Assembly: GCA_965248805.1 (NCBI GenBank)
Contig: CBDFKJ010000008.1
Span: 480,424 to 544,423, forward strand
Source: Alphaproteobacteria bacterium
GTDB taxonomy: Bacteria; Pseudomonadota; Alphaproteobacteria; UBA6615
Length of the DNA stretch: 64,000 nucleotides
Direction: 5' to 3'
Position numbers and translations under genes: made by a program
Part shown: in pieces, positions 1 to 12,079 of the stretch
How positions within the stretch are numbered: the first letter of the stretch is position 1
Layout: every line of letters begins with the position of its first letter
Notes under the pieces: model-generated
What the model was told of the DNA's origin: nothing
The model's input: the letters and a program-made list of their open reading frames with translations, nothing else
The model's database searches: none

Positions 1-1009
1 CGATGGGCTTGAAAGCCGAGCCCGGCTGCCGCATCGACTGGGTCGCCCGATTGAACTGGCTGGTGCGATAGTCGCGGCCGCCGACCATGGCCACCACCGC
101 GCCGTCGTGACGCATCGCAACAAGCGCCACCTGGCCGGCTTCGGTATCGTCCAAGACCTCGGCGATGGCCGCCTCCGCCGCCGACTGAAGGCGAGGGTCG
201 AGGGTGGTCTCCACCTGCAGGTCGGCGTCTGCGTGCCCGACATAGCCCGCGACCCGCGTCCGTACCCAATCGGCGAAGTAGCGCTGGTTGGGAATGGTTG
301 CACTCACACCGCCGCGCCGAACGGCGCCGGCCCGCGCCGCCACCGCCGTCGCGGCCGAAATGTAGCCGGCGTCGACCATGGCGCCGAGGACCACACGCGC
401 GCGGTCGTTTGCGGCGGTGGTGTCATGCGCCGGATTGAGGCGCGACGGCGCCTGGACCAGCCCTGCCAGCACGGCCGCCTCATGCAGAGAGAGTTGCCGT
501 GCCGACTTATCGAAGTAGCGATGCGCCGCCGCGTCGACGCCGAAGGTGCCGGCGCCCATGTAGACCCGATTGAGATATATCGTCAGCAATTCGTCCTTGG
601 TGAACCGCGACTCCAGCATCAGCGCCAGGATCGCTTCCTGGACCTTGCGTTTGACCGTGCGGTCGGCAGAGAGAAACAGGTTCTTGGCGATCTGCTAGGT
701 TAGCGTGCTGCCGCCTTGGCGCACGCCGCCGGCGCGCAGGTTGACGAGGCTGGCGCGCGCCAGCGCGATCAGGTCGATCCCGACATGGTCGTAGAAGCGG
801 CGGTCCTCGATGGCGAGTACGGCCTGCAGCACGTGCGGCGGCAGTTCATGCAACGAAAGAGCCGCGCCATAGACCTCGCCATAGCTGGCGATGCGCGTGC
901 CGTCAGCGGCGAGCACGCGCAGGCTGGGTTGGCGCGAGGTTGCGCCCAGGCGCGTGATATCGGGAAGGTCCCAGGTGAGCGCCGCCACCGCCACGCCGCC
1001 GATCAACAC
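1..1009 (-). pseudogene. mrcA: Penicillin-binding protein 1A (class A PBP, glycosyltransferase + transpeptidase), 5' portion; gene continues past window start. An in-frame TAG at 695-697 replaces the conserved Gln of the GGSTITQQ motif (translation reads GGSTLT*QIAKNLF). There is no ATG start; the likely start is GTG at ~1009, or CTG further upstream (the frame is open to 1240).
   Basis: Minus-strand translation gives a TM helix (VLIGGVAVAALTW), the glycosyltransferase motifs EDRRFYDHVGID and GGSTLT*QIAKN, then a long PBP1A-like region down to position 1. The stop interrupts a conserved motif. Confidence 0.8.
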
Positions 1010-1252
1010 CGTCCAGATGAGGAACGTTGCGCTCCACTTGACGGCGACGACGAGGCTGCGGCGTAGGGACGGCGTCTGTTTGCGCTTGGCACGCGTCCGC
1101 TTCGGGGCCGGCGCCGTGCGCCGTCGTCGCGGTGGCGGCGCCTTCGGCTTCGGACGCCGCTTCGTCGGCGTCTTGCGCTGTGTGGGATGTTTGGTGCGCG
1201 TCTTGGTCAGCCGCAGTCTCCGTCCCGCCGGCGCTCGTTAGTGTGAGCGCGC

Positions 1253-3724
<2,472 letters not shown>

Positions 3725-4933
3725 TCAGTCGATCTCCGCCGCCGTGACGGCGCCGTCCGCCACATCGAAGAACTGCGCGCGCCCGCTCATCCCGGCGAAC
3801 AACGCGCGGTCGGTGCCGGTCATCCACGCCTGGGCGCCGAAGTCGCCGAGCGCGGTGTACAGAGCTGTGCGTCGGCGCTCATCCAGATGCGCGGCGACCT
3901 CGTCCAACAAGACGATGGGCGTCGCGCCGGCCTGTTCGCCGAGCAATCGTGCGTGCGCCAGTATGAGGCCCACCAGCATGGCTTTCTGCTCACCGGTGGA
4001 GCACTGATCGGCCGCCATGGCCGTGTCGAGATTGCGAGCGCGAAAATCGCTGCGATGGGCGCCGTGCTGGGCGCCGCCGGCCTCGCGGTCGCGCGCCCGG
4101 CTGGCTCTCAGAGCGGCGCGCAGGCGTGTCCCCGCGCCCTCCGGCGAGGCCTCCGCCAGCCAATGGTCCAGCGCGCCGGTCATGGTCAGGCGCAAGTGCG
4201 GGAACGACGCGACCGGGGCCGCGTCAGCGTGGTTCAACCGGTCGATCGTCCGTTGCCGTGCCAGCGCGATCTCGATCCCCTTGGCCGAGATGGTGTCCTC
4301 CAACGCGCACAGCCAGTCGTCGTCGGTGACGCCGTTCCGCAACGCGCGGGCGCGCTCGCGCACCGGGTGCTCATAGGACGTGACCCGTGTTGCATGGGTC
4401 GGATCGGTGCCGAACACGAGCCGATCGAGAAACCGCCGGCGAACGCTGCTGCCGTCGGCGAACAGCCTATCCATTTCCGGCGTCAACCAGACCACGCTGC
4501 AGGCGTCGGCCAGCGCGGCCTGGCCGCGCGCCGGCGCGCCGTCGATCCGCAGCTCGCGGCGATCACCTTCGCCATCGCTCACCATGCGGCCGATGCCTAC
4601 GGCGACCTCGCCGGCGGGGCCCGTTAGCCGCGCGGCCACGGCCCAGGCGCACGGCGACGCGTCCGCGCCATCGCGTCGCGCAAGTTCGGCGATGCGGGCG
4701 CGCCTGAGCCCGCGCCCGGGGGCCAGCAGCGACAACGCCTCCAATAGGTTCGTCTTGCCGGCGCCGTTCAGGCCCGTCAGCACGACCGACCGCCCATCGA
4801 GCGCCAGACGCAGACGTACGTAATTGCGAAAGTCCCGAAGATCGAGGCGCGTCACCGCGCTGCCCCGTCCGACCGCCGCCGACGCCATCTCCGGCCGTAC
4901 GCCCGGATCTATTGCAAGCAAGGGAGCGCTCAC
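3725..4933 (-). CDS. recF: DNA replication and repair protein RecF (the true start is probably the internal Met at ~4885)
   Basis: Walker A motif GLNGAGKTNLLEA, SMC-like signature, RecF-like length and C-terminus. The position between dnaN and gyrB fits the conserved synteny. Confidence 0.9.
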   Translation of the reverse strand: MSAPLLAIDPGVRPEMASAAVGRGSAVTRLDLRDFRNYVRLRLALDGRSVVLTGLNGAGKTNLLEALSLLAPGRGLRRARIAELARRDGADASPCAWAVAARLTGPAGEVAVGIGRMVSDGEGDRRELRIDGAPARGQAALADACSVVWLTPEMDRLFADGSSVRRRFLDRLVFGTDPTHATRVTSYEHPVRERARALRNGVTDDDWLCALEDTISAKGIEIALARQRTIDRLNHADAAPVASFPHLRLTMTGALDHWLAEASPEGAGTRLRAALRASRARDREAGGAQHGAHRSDFRARNLDTAMAADQCSTGEQKAMLVGLILAHARLLGEQAGATPIVLLDEVAAHLDERRRTALYTALGDFGAQAWMTGTDRALFAGMSGRAQFFDVADGAVTAAEID

Positions 4934-6047
4934 ACTCGCATCGGCATCAACACATAGAGCGCGTCATCGTCCGCCGCGGCGCGCACGATCGCCGGCGATG
5001 TAGCGTCGGCGAGGGCTAACCTGGCCAGGTCGTCGTTGATCTGCTGGGTGATATCGAGCAGGTAACGCGCATTGAAGCCCACCTCCAATGCGTCGCCTTG
5101 ATAGTCGACCTCCAGCTCCTCGCTGGCGCTGCCATGTTCGGGGCTGGTGGCGCTTAGGGTCGCCACCCCGGGTACCAGTGCCATCTTCACGGCGCGGCTC
5201 TTTTCGGCTGAGATTGTCGATACCCGATCCACCGCTGCATGGAAGGCGCGGCGGTCGACCTCCATGATCTTGTCGTTGCCGATCGGAATCACGGTTTCGT
5301 AGTTGGGAAAAGTGCCGTCGATCAGCTTCGAGGTCAGCACAACTTTGTCGAATCCGACGCGAACTCTGGTGTCGGACAGTTCCACCACAACCGCGTCGGA
5401 GGAATCTTCAACCAGTTTGCGCATTTCGCCGATCGCCTTGCGCGGGACGATGACACCGGGCAACTCGGCCGCCCCCTCCGGCACCGGCAATTCCACGCGC
5501 GCCAGGCGATGTCCGTCGGTGGCCACCGCGCGCAAGACGCTGCCGGCGTTGTCCAAACTGGCGACATGAAAATAAATGCCGTTGAGATAGTACCGCGTCT
5601 CCTCGGTGGAGATCGCGAAGCGGGTGCGATCGATGACGCCGCGCAACGTCGCCGCGTCCAGCGTGAACGGTGTGGCAGATCGCCGCCCGACATCAGCGGG
5701 AAGTCCTCCGCTGGCAGGCAGGCCAGCGAAAAGTTGGAGCGCCCGGCGCGAATGGCCAGCTTGCCGTCGGCTGACGCCTGCAGCCGGACCTCGGCGCCGT
5801 CGGGCAGTTTGCGGACGATGTCATGCAGTGTGTGGGCCGAGACGGTTGTGCCGCCGGCCCCGGTCACGTCGGCTGCGATGGTCTCGTCGATTTCCAGATC
5901 CATGTCGGTCGCGGTGAGCGCCAGCTCGCCGTTCTCGGCGCGCAGCAGGACATTGGCGAGAATAGGGATCGTATTGCGGCGCTCCACGACGCTATGCACG
6001 TGGGCGAGGGCTCTTAGCAGGTTCTCCCGTTCGAGCGTCAGTTCCAT
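4930..6047 (-). pseudogene. dnaN: DNA polymerase III beta sliding clamp, split into two ORFs (5334..6089 and 4930..5646) by a -1 frameshift at ~5660-5672
   Basis: The N-terminal 140 aa (MELTLERENLLRALAHV...LPAEDFP..SGGDLP) are in one frame. The remainder (TPFTLDAATLRGVIDRTRFAISTEETRYYLNGI... to the C-terminus LMPMRV) is in the +1 frame. Both halves are typical dnaN sequence. Confidence 0.85.
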
Positions 6048-6415
6048 ATCCGGCTCACTTATGTTCGATCCGACGTGCCCATTCTTCAAGGGCCCGGCGC
6101 CGCGATCGGTGACACGCAGGGCAGTCTGACAACCGGGTCGAGGGCCCGACGTTGGCCGCCCCGCGTCGCTGTCGGAATCCCCCGCGAGACTCGCCGCGCG
6201 CAGCCGTAAAACTATACCAAATATTGCGTGATGCCAAAGCGTTCGCTGCAGATGCGCCCGGCCGCGGCGGCGCGTCTATGGGCCGGCGCTGGCGCACAAA
6301 CTGACGCTGGACGCGGCGCTCGGGATGGCGCTGCGCGAAACGGTATCGGAGCTATGAAGGAAGCTGGATGTCATGACCGCGGCGCGCGTCCTGACGCGCC
6401 GCGGCGAAGGGTGCC

Positions 6416-7837
6416 TCAGCTGCCCAGTAAGCGGCGCAGCAACTCGACGTTTTCGTCCAATTCCCTGTCCGCGGCACGCAATTCCTTAACCCGCTTCACC
6501 GCGTGCATGACCGTCGTGTGGTCACGGCCGCCAAACTGGCGGCCAATCTGCGGCAATGACCTGGTGGTCAGTTGCTTGGACAGAAACATGGCGATCTGGC
6601 GCGGACGTGCCACCTCGATGGCGCGCCGCGGCGAATGCATATCCTCGACGCGGATTCCGTAGTGCTTGGCGACACAGGTCTGGATCGCCTCGATCGTTAC
6701 GCGGCGGTCTTGGACCGGAAGCAAGTCTTGCAGCATTTCCTGCGCCGCATCGACAGTAATCGGGCGATTGTGGAGGCTGCTCTGCATGGCGATGCGCGTC
6801 AGTGACCCCTCCAGCTCGCGCACGTTCGAGGTGATCTTGTGCGCGAGAAACTCCAGCACCTTCTCAGGGATGGGCTGCTCGACCTGCTTCGCCTTCATCT
6901 GCAGGATCGCCAAACGCAACGCATAGTCGGTGGGGCTGATATCGACCACCAACCCCCAGGACAGCCGCGACCGCAGCTGATCGGCGATGCCGGACAGGCC
7001 TACCGGTGACTTGTCGGCGGATACGATGACCTGCCGATTTTGCTCCACCAACTCGTTGAAGGTATGAATAAATTCAGCCTGCGTGCCCTGCTTGCCATCG
7101 ATGAAGTGCACGTCGTCGATCATGAGCACGTCGACGGAGCGCAGCCGGTCCTTAAACGCAATGGCGTTGTTGGCTTTGGTCGCACTGACGAATTCGGACA
7201 TGAACCGCTCGGCGGTGATCAGCATCACGTGGCGTTGCGGGAAACGCTTGCGGATCTGCCAAGCGATCGCGTGCATCAGGTGTGTCTTGCCCAACCCCAC
7301 CGGCCCGTACAGAAACAATGGATTGAACGTAACGCTTTCGGAATCGGCGGCACGCCGGGCCGCCGCGTGCGCCAGCTCGTTTGATGTACCGACCACGAAA
7401 CTCTCGAATGTGAAGCGTCGATTGAAGGCCGCTCCTAGCGTGTCGCGTCGGTCTTGCCCATTTGCGCTCGCGCGGCGCATGGCCGGAACGACGGAAACCG
7501 GTGACTTTGATCCTGCTGGAACCTCAGCCGGCCGCCGCGGTTCGACGATGATCTCCACATCGTCCACGACGGTGCTTTCCTGGCGCCAGCACTCGGAAAG
7601 AGACTGACCGAAACTCTGCTCGACAAAGTCGCGAATGAAGCGGGTCGGTGCGGCGATTCTGACGCAGCGACCGATGATTTCCGACAGAGTTAGTCGATTG
7701 ATCCAGTTGTCGTAAATGCTTTCGCCCAGTTCGCGGCGGAGTGCTCCGCGAACGCGCACCCAGTCGCGCGCGATATCCGTATCCCCGTGGCCCCACATTG
7801 CAGTTGCTTGCCCTTTCGGAATTTGTTGTTCGTGCAT
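6416..7837 (-). CDS. dnaA: Chromosomal replication initiator DnaA (the start may be the Met at ~7798)
   Basis: AAA+ Walker A (GPVGLGKTHL), box VII, and the C-terminal DNA-binding domain (MFLSKQLTTRSLPQIGRQFGGRDHTTVMHA). Confidence 0.95.
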   Translation of the reverse strand: MHEQQIPKGQATAMWGHGDTDIARDWVRVRGALRRELGESIYDNWINRLTLSEIIGRCVRIAAPTRFIRDFVEQSFGQSLSECWRQESTVVDDVEIIVEPRRPAEVPAGSKSPVSVVPAMRRASANGQDRRDTLGAAFNRRFTFESFVVGTSNELAHAAARRAADSESVTFNPLFLYGPVGLGKTHLMHAIAWQIRKRFPQRHVMLITAERFMSEFVSATKANNAIAFKDRLRSVDVLMIDDVHFIDGKQGTQAEFIHTFNELVEQNRQVIVSADKSPVGLSGIADQLRSRLSWGLVVDISPTDYALRLAILQMKAKQVEQPIPEKVLEFLAHKITSNVRELEGSLTRIAMQSSLHNRPITVDAAQEMLQDLLPVQDRRVTIEAIQTCVAKHYGIRVEDMHSPRRAIEVARPRQIAMFLSKQLTTRSLPQIGRQFGGRDHTTVMHAVKRVKELRAADRELDENVELLRRLLGS

Positions 7838-8391
7838 CCGTACGCACCTCCCGCGTCGGCTATGTTGTGATGGCCGTCAGCCGCTCGCACTGTGCGCAAC
7901 GGCTTCGGCGAGATTGGAATGAGATATCCTTTTTCGATGACGCCTCCCCTGCCGTCGGTCGCCGCGAGCCAAGCGAAATCCGTTGCCCGCATTGCGTGCT
8001 GAAATGCGCGGCCTACTTGGCTAGGTAATTTGTTGCGAATTAACCGAACGACGTGACGAGCGGCAGACTCTATCTGCGTTTCGCCAAGTTGCTAGTGGTC
8101 CTCATTCGAAACAATCGTGCGTCCTGGTCATTGCGGATATTGAGCACCGGCGGCGAATATTGCCTTTACTTGACAGTTTTCGCCGACGCCTTCCCGCATT
8201 TCCATTTGCGATGTGCCGTGACGTTACTTATTGAAGAAACATTGTTTCTCCGGTCCGCCCCGACAAAAACGACAATACAAGCGAATAATGACCGACGCAA
8301 CTGGTCTGTTTAGCGAACAAACAATTCTTATCAGCAATGGATTTTGCGACACACTTGCAGTAGTGGAGTAAAACTAAAATAGAATCGCGAC
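7838..8391. promoter_or_regulatory. AT-rich rpsT-dnaA intergenic region: the dnaA promoter region and a candidate oriC/DUE. Only degenerate DnaA-box-like 9-mers are present (TGCGGATAT at ~8133, TTATCAGCA at ~8328).
   Basis: Marked drop in GC compared with the flanks (e.g. 8040-8390), located between dnaA and rpsT. Only imperfect matches to TTATCCACA. Confidence 0.35.
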
Positions 8392-8655
8392 TTAGCTCAG
8401 TGCCTTGATGTGCCGGTTCAGTCGCGACAATCTGCGCGCCGCCGTGCGCGCATGCAAAATGCCAGCGCGGACGCCGCGCTGGAGTTCCGGCTGCGCCCGC
8501 TGAAACGCATCGCGGGCCGTCGTGCCGTCGCCGCCGGCGATGGCAGCCTCAACTTGTTTGATAAATGTGCGCACGCGGTTCAGGCGTGATTTGTTGATCA
8601 CTGTGCGCCGCGCATTGCGGCGGATTCGCTTCTTCGCGGATTGGTGGTGAGCCAT
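8392..8655 (-). CDS. rpsT: 30S ribosomal protein S20
   Basis: 87-aa basic protein, MAHHQSAKKRIRRNARR..., the typical S20 N-terminus. Upstream of dnaA as in many alphaproteobacteria. Confidence 0.9.
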   Translation of the reverse strand: MAHHQSAKKRIRRNARRTVINKSRLNRVRTFIKQVEAAIAGGDGTTARDAFQRAQPELQRGVRAGILHARTAARRLSRLNRHIKALS

Positions 8656-8741
8656 TTTTATATAGTCTCCGATCTCTCAGGCAGGGCGCGCTTATAGCCA
8701 GCGCCCGAGAGCAGGTCAAGGCAAGCCCGGCCCGCTGGCAC

Positions 8742-8834
8742 CAGGGGCTCAGCGATTGTTGAACCGCGGCTCCCGTTTTTCGTTGAACGCCGCCATGCCC
8801 TCCCGCCGATCCTCGGTTGCGAAAAGGGACTGGA
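8742..8834 (-). pseudogene. Enoyl-CoA hydratase gene, 3'-terminal fragment (..RFERRAFQSLFATEDRREGMAAFNEKREPRFNNR*). Piece 3 of 3.
   Basis: Minus-strand translation matches the canonical crotonase-family C-terminus. It is separated from the rest of the gene by the IS1595 element. Confidence 0.75.
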
Positions 8835-9958
8835 ACGCCCGACGTTCGAACCGTGCCTATCCGGTTAATTTGTACACCCACTACATGTAGGATGCTTCCA
8901 CTCGCCGGAATATAGCTCGGCGTAGGTTGGAGCCTCGGCCTCTCCTGCGATTCCGAGCAATGAGCGGAAGGCGTTGAACGGGTAAAACCGCCTGTTGAAG
9001 CGGAACGTGAACTCATTGAGGTAGGCTTGTAGATGCTTTGCGCTCACGCCATGGTGGATGCCACTGAGCCAATTCTTCAGGTTGCTGAAGACGAGGTGGA
9101 TGATCGGCATGAACTCTTCGGCCACCTCGGGGTCGCCGCATTCGGCAATGGCGTGGTGATCATAGCCGCGTGTCCGCAAGCTGCCATAGCCACTCCAATC
9201 GTCGGTGACGATCAGCGACCCCGGCATAACGGCGTTCTCGACGAAGCCACATAGCGAATCGGCGCTGCGGTCGGCAGCGACGGACAGCCGCACGCGCCCG
9301 GCGTAGCGGCCATCCTTCCGCTTGTCCTGCGCGGTGCCGGGCTCCCTGTGGCTGACTTCGACGGCAGCAGCCACCAGCGTCTTGTGGTGAACGCCTCGGC
9401 CTTCACCACGCATCCGGCCTCCAACATAGGTTTCGTCCACCTCGACATGCTCTCCTGCCCTGGCACCGATCCGATCCTGATCGGGCCGCACCATACCCGC
9501 GCGGAGCTTATGCAGGATGCCGAAGGCGGTTTCGTACCGCGTCAGCCCAAGCTGCCGCTGAAACTGCACCGCCGACATGCCCGGCGTCTGGCTGGCGACC
9601 AGATAGGCGGCCCAAAACCACGTGCTCAAAGGCGTGTGGCTGCGCTCCATGACCGTGCCGACGGTCAATCCCGTCTGGCGGCGGCAAGCGCGACAGGTCA
9701 GGACGCCAAGCCGCGTGGCGATGCGGAAAGGTTCACCCACGACGCCGCAGCGCGGGCAGGCGAACCCGTCACCCCAGCGAGCCCTTTCCAGGTAGGCGGC
9801 GCACGCCGCATCGTCGGAGAAAAGTCGCTGAAACTCGGGGAGGGATTGCGGGAAGGGCAGGTCGGTGCGGTCGAGAACGTCCATGACCCACTATCCGTTG
9901 TACGCACACAACCTATCCCTAGTGTGTGTATGCGTCAAGCGGATAGGCACGGTTTGAA
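8835..9958 (-). mobile_element. IS1595-family insertion sequence, about 1.12 kb. Transposase ORF 8865..9884, 339 aa. Terminal inverted repeats TTC(G/A)AACCGTGCCTATCC at 8835-8852 and 9941-9958.
   Basis: The transposase has an N-terminal Cys-rich zinc ribbon (CPRCG...CRAC) and DDE region, as in ISXO2-like IS1595-family enzymes. Imperfect 18-bp IRs sit at both ends. The element is inserted inside the echA C-terminal coding region. Confidence 0.8.
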
Positions 9959-10051
9959 CAACGCGCCCTCCTGAAGCGTGGTTTCGAATGCGCGGTTTAT
10001 CGCCTCCTTCACGAAAAACACGGCGGGCCGGGACATCTTGGCGATCGCCTC
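9959..10051 (-). pseudogene. Enoyl-CoA hydratase gene, middle fragment (KMAEAIAKMSRPAVFFVKEAINRAFETTLQEGAL). Piece 2 of 3.
   Basis: The translation continues the protein exactly from the ...VVDEA end of the 11012..11584 piece once the IS5 element is removed in silico. Confidence 0.75.
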
Positions 10052-11015
10052 GGCCATCTTCTTAGAGCGGTTCCGGAAAGTTTTTGAGTCGTCGGAATCG
10101 GTTGTGTTTTATTGTCTGTCACCTGTCCAACTGCTTTGGGGTGCCCGATGTGGAAGCCTGAACACCGCGCGGCCGCCGACCGTGGCCGGCTTCGCTATCC
10201 GAGTGATCTGACCGACGCCGAATGGGCGCTGATCGAGCCGCTGATCCCACCGGCGAAGCACGGTGGGCGTAAGCGGACGGTCGATGTCCGCGAAGTCCTG
10301 AACGGCATCTTCTACGTGCTGTCGACCGGCTGCCAGTGGACCGCGCTGCCCAAGGACCTGCCGCCGAAGAGCACGGTGTACGACTACTTCGACCTGTGGG
10401 AATGGGACGGCACCCTGGCTCGCATCCATCATGAGCTCTACGTGGCGGTGCGCGAGCGCGCGGGCCGCGAAGCCAGTCCGAGCGCGGCCATCATCGACAG
10501 CCAGAGCGCCAAAGCGGCGCAAAAAGGGGGGCGTCGATCGATCCGCAGGGCTTCGACGCGGGCAAGAAGCTCACCGGCCGCAAGCGGCACATCCTGGTCG
10601 ATACGCTCGGCCTGATGCTGGGCCTCGTCGTGCATCCCGGCAACGTGCAGGACCGCGATGGCGCGGCCACACTGCTGCGCCGGACACGCCGGCTGTTTCC
10701 GTTCATCGAGGTGATCTACGCCGACGGCGGCTACCAGGGACCAAAGATGGCTGCCGTGGTGGCGAAGACCGGCGCCTGGCGGCTGGAGATCGTCAAGCGC
10801 AACAGCGTGCCGCGCTTCGAGGTGCTGCCGAAGCGCTGGATCGTCGAGCGCACCTTCGCCTGGATCGTCCGTTGCCGCCGGCTGGCGCGCGACTTCGAGC
10901 GCCACGTCCGTTCTGTCGTCGCTTTCATCCACCTCCCCATGATCCGCATCATGCTGCGACGCTTGACCCGGCCAAGCCCTTGCTCGTGAATCTCTACTTC
11001 CCGGAACGGCTCTAA
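10052..11015 (+). mobile_element. IS5-family (IS427/IS1031-group) insertion sequence, about 0.96 kb. orfA 10148..10615 and orfB 10615..10989 are joined by a -1 frameshift at an A5G6 run (10521-10531). Terminal IRs ~CTTAGAGCGGTTCCGGAAAG / CTTCCCGGAACGGCTCTAAG.
   Basis: OrfA reads DLTDAEWALIEPLIPP..GGRKRT.., the typical IS5/IS427 N-terminus. OrfB carries the DDE C-terminus (IYADGGYQG...RWIVERTFAWI). The slippery A/G run lies exactly where the frames switch. 20-bp IRs with 2 mismatches are present. Confidence 0.8.
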
Positions 11016-11584
11016 GCCTCGTCGACCACGTCCGACGACGGCACAACGCGGCCGACCAGTCCGGCGCGTTCCGCCTCGGCGGCGTCCAACATCCGCCCGG
11101 TCAGGCACATCTCCACCGCCTTGGCCTTGCCGACGGAGCGCGGCAGCCGCTGCGTGCCGCCCATGCCCGGCATCATGCCAAGCGTAATTTCAGGCAGGCC
11201 GAACTTCGCATCTTCGCCGGCGATGACGATGTCGCACATCAAAGCCAACTCGCAGCCGCCACCGAGCGCGTATCCGGCCACGGCGGCGATTATGGGCTTT
11301 CGACAGTCGACCAATCTTTGCCAGTTACGGCCGCCGAAATCTTCGAAGTACGCATCGAGAAACTCCTTCGACAGCATTTCCTTGATGTCCGCGCCGGCGG
11401 CGAAGGCGCGGTCGGTTCCGGTGATGACGATACAACCAATTTCGTCATCCTGTTCGAACGTGTCGACCGCGTCACAGATTTCGGCGATGAGCGAAGAGCT
11501 GAGTGCGTTCATCGCGCTCGGTCGGTCCATGCGTACCAGACCAACTCGGCCGTGAGTCTCGACGGCGACGTTTTCATAACTCAC
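11012..11584 (-). pseudogene. Enoyl-CoA hydratase, N-terminal 190 aa. Piece 1 of 3, truncated by the IS5-family insertion at 11015.
   Basis: MSYENVAVETHGRVGLVRMDRPSAMNAL...AAGADIKEM..GGGCELALMCD is a typical crotonase fold. The ORF stops in the TAG supplied by the IS end. Confidence 0.85.
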
Positions 11585-11671
11585 TGGGCCGCCTCCTGAT
11601 TGCGCCGGCTTGCGCCGTACGCGCGCGGCGCCGTGCGCTGCACTGATGCATGCGGCAATGGCGCGGCGCGC

Positions 11672-12076
11672 TCACTCGGGCGTCACCATGACACGCACGC
11701 GCAGCACATCGCGATCGCCGACGACGTTGAGTTCCAGGCGCTCGTTGTCGCGATGCCAAGTCCCCTTCTCGGGCTCCGCCGTTGCCCGGATCCAACCAAG
11801 TTCGGGAAGCGCCTTGTCGTAGAACGCCTCGACGGCGGAGACCGACACGGCGCCTTCGGCGAAGGCCTCGACGATGCGCCCTCCAGGCTTGTCGAACGCC
11901 ATGCCGGCGCCAGCGACTTCGTTCAGGCCTCGCATAAGCGGCAAGTCATCGATTTGGCTGAAATAGCCGGGCTCGGCGGCAATCGCCGATGTGCCGGGGC
12001 CTGTTGACGCCAAACCCAGCAGAATTGCCGCCACGTAGAAGGACAGACGATGTGCGCGCTTCATGCGTGCGCTCAT
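11672..12076 (-). CDS. Hypothetical secreted protein with a signal peptide
   Basis: 134-aa ORF with an N-terminal hydrophobic signal (RLSFYVAAILLGLASTGPGTSAIAA). I recognise no family. Confidence 0.5.
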   Translation of the reverse strand: MSARMKRAHRLSFYVAAILLGLASTGPGTSAIAAEPGYFSQIDDLPLMRGLNEVAGAGMAFDKPGGRIVEAFAEGAVSVSAVEAFYDKALPELGWIRATAEPEKGTWHRDNERLELNVVGDRDVLRVRVMVTPE

Positions 12077-12079
12077 ACC

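Noticed and set aside
107-703. 198-aa plus-strand ORF at the window start
   Set aside because: It is antisense to the PBP1A glycosyltransferase domain and looks like a high-GC artefact.
8380-8432. tRNA-like TTAGCTCAG motif and inverted repeat near 8390
   Set aside because: It lies inside the 3' end of the rpsT coding sequence and no cloverleaf can be drawn.
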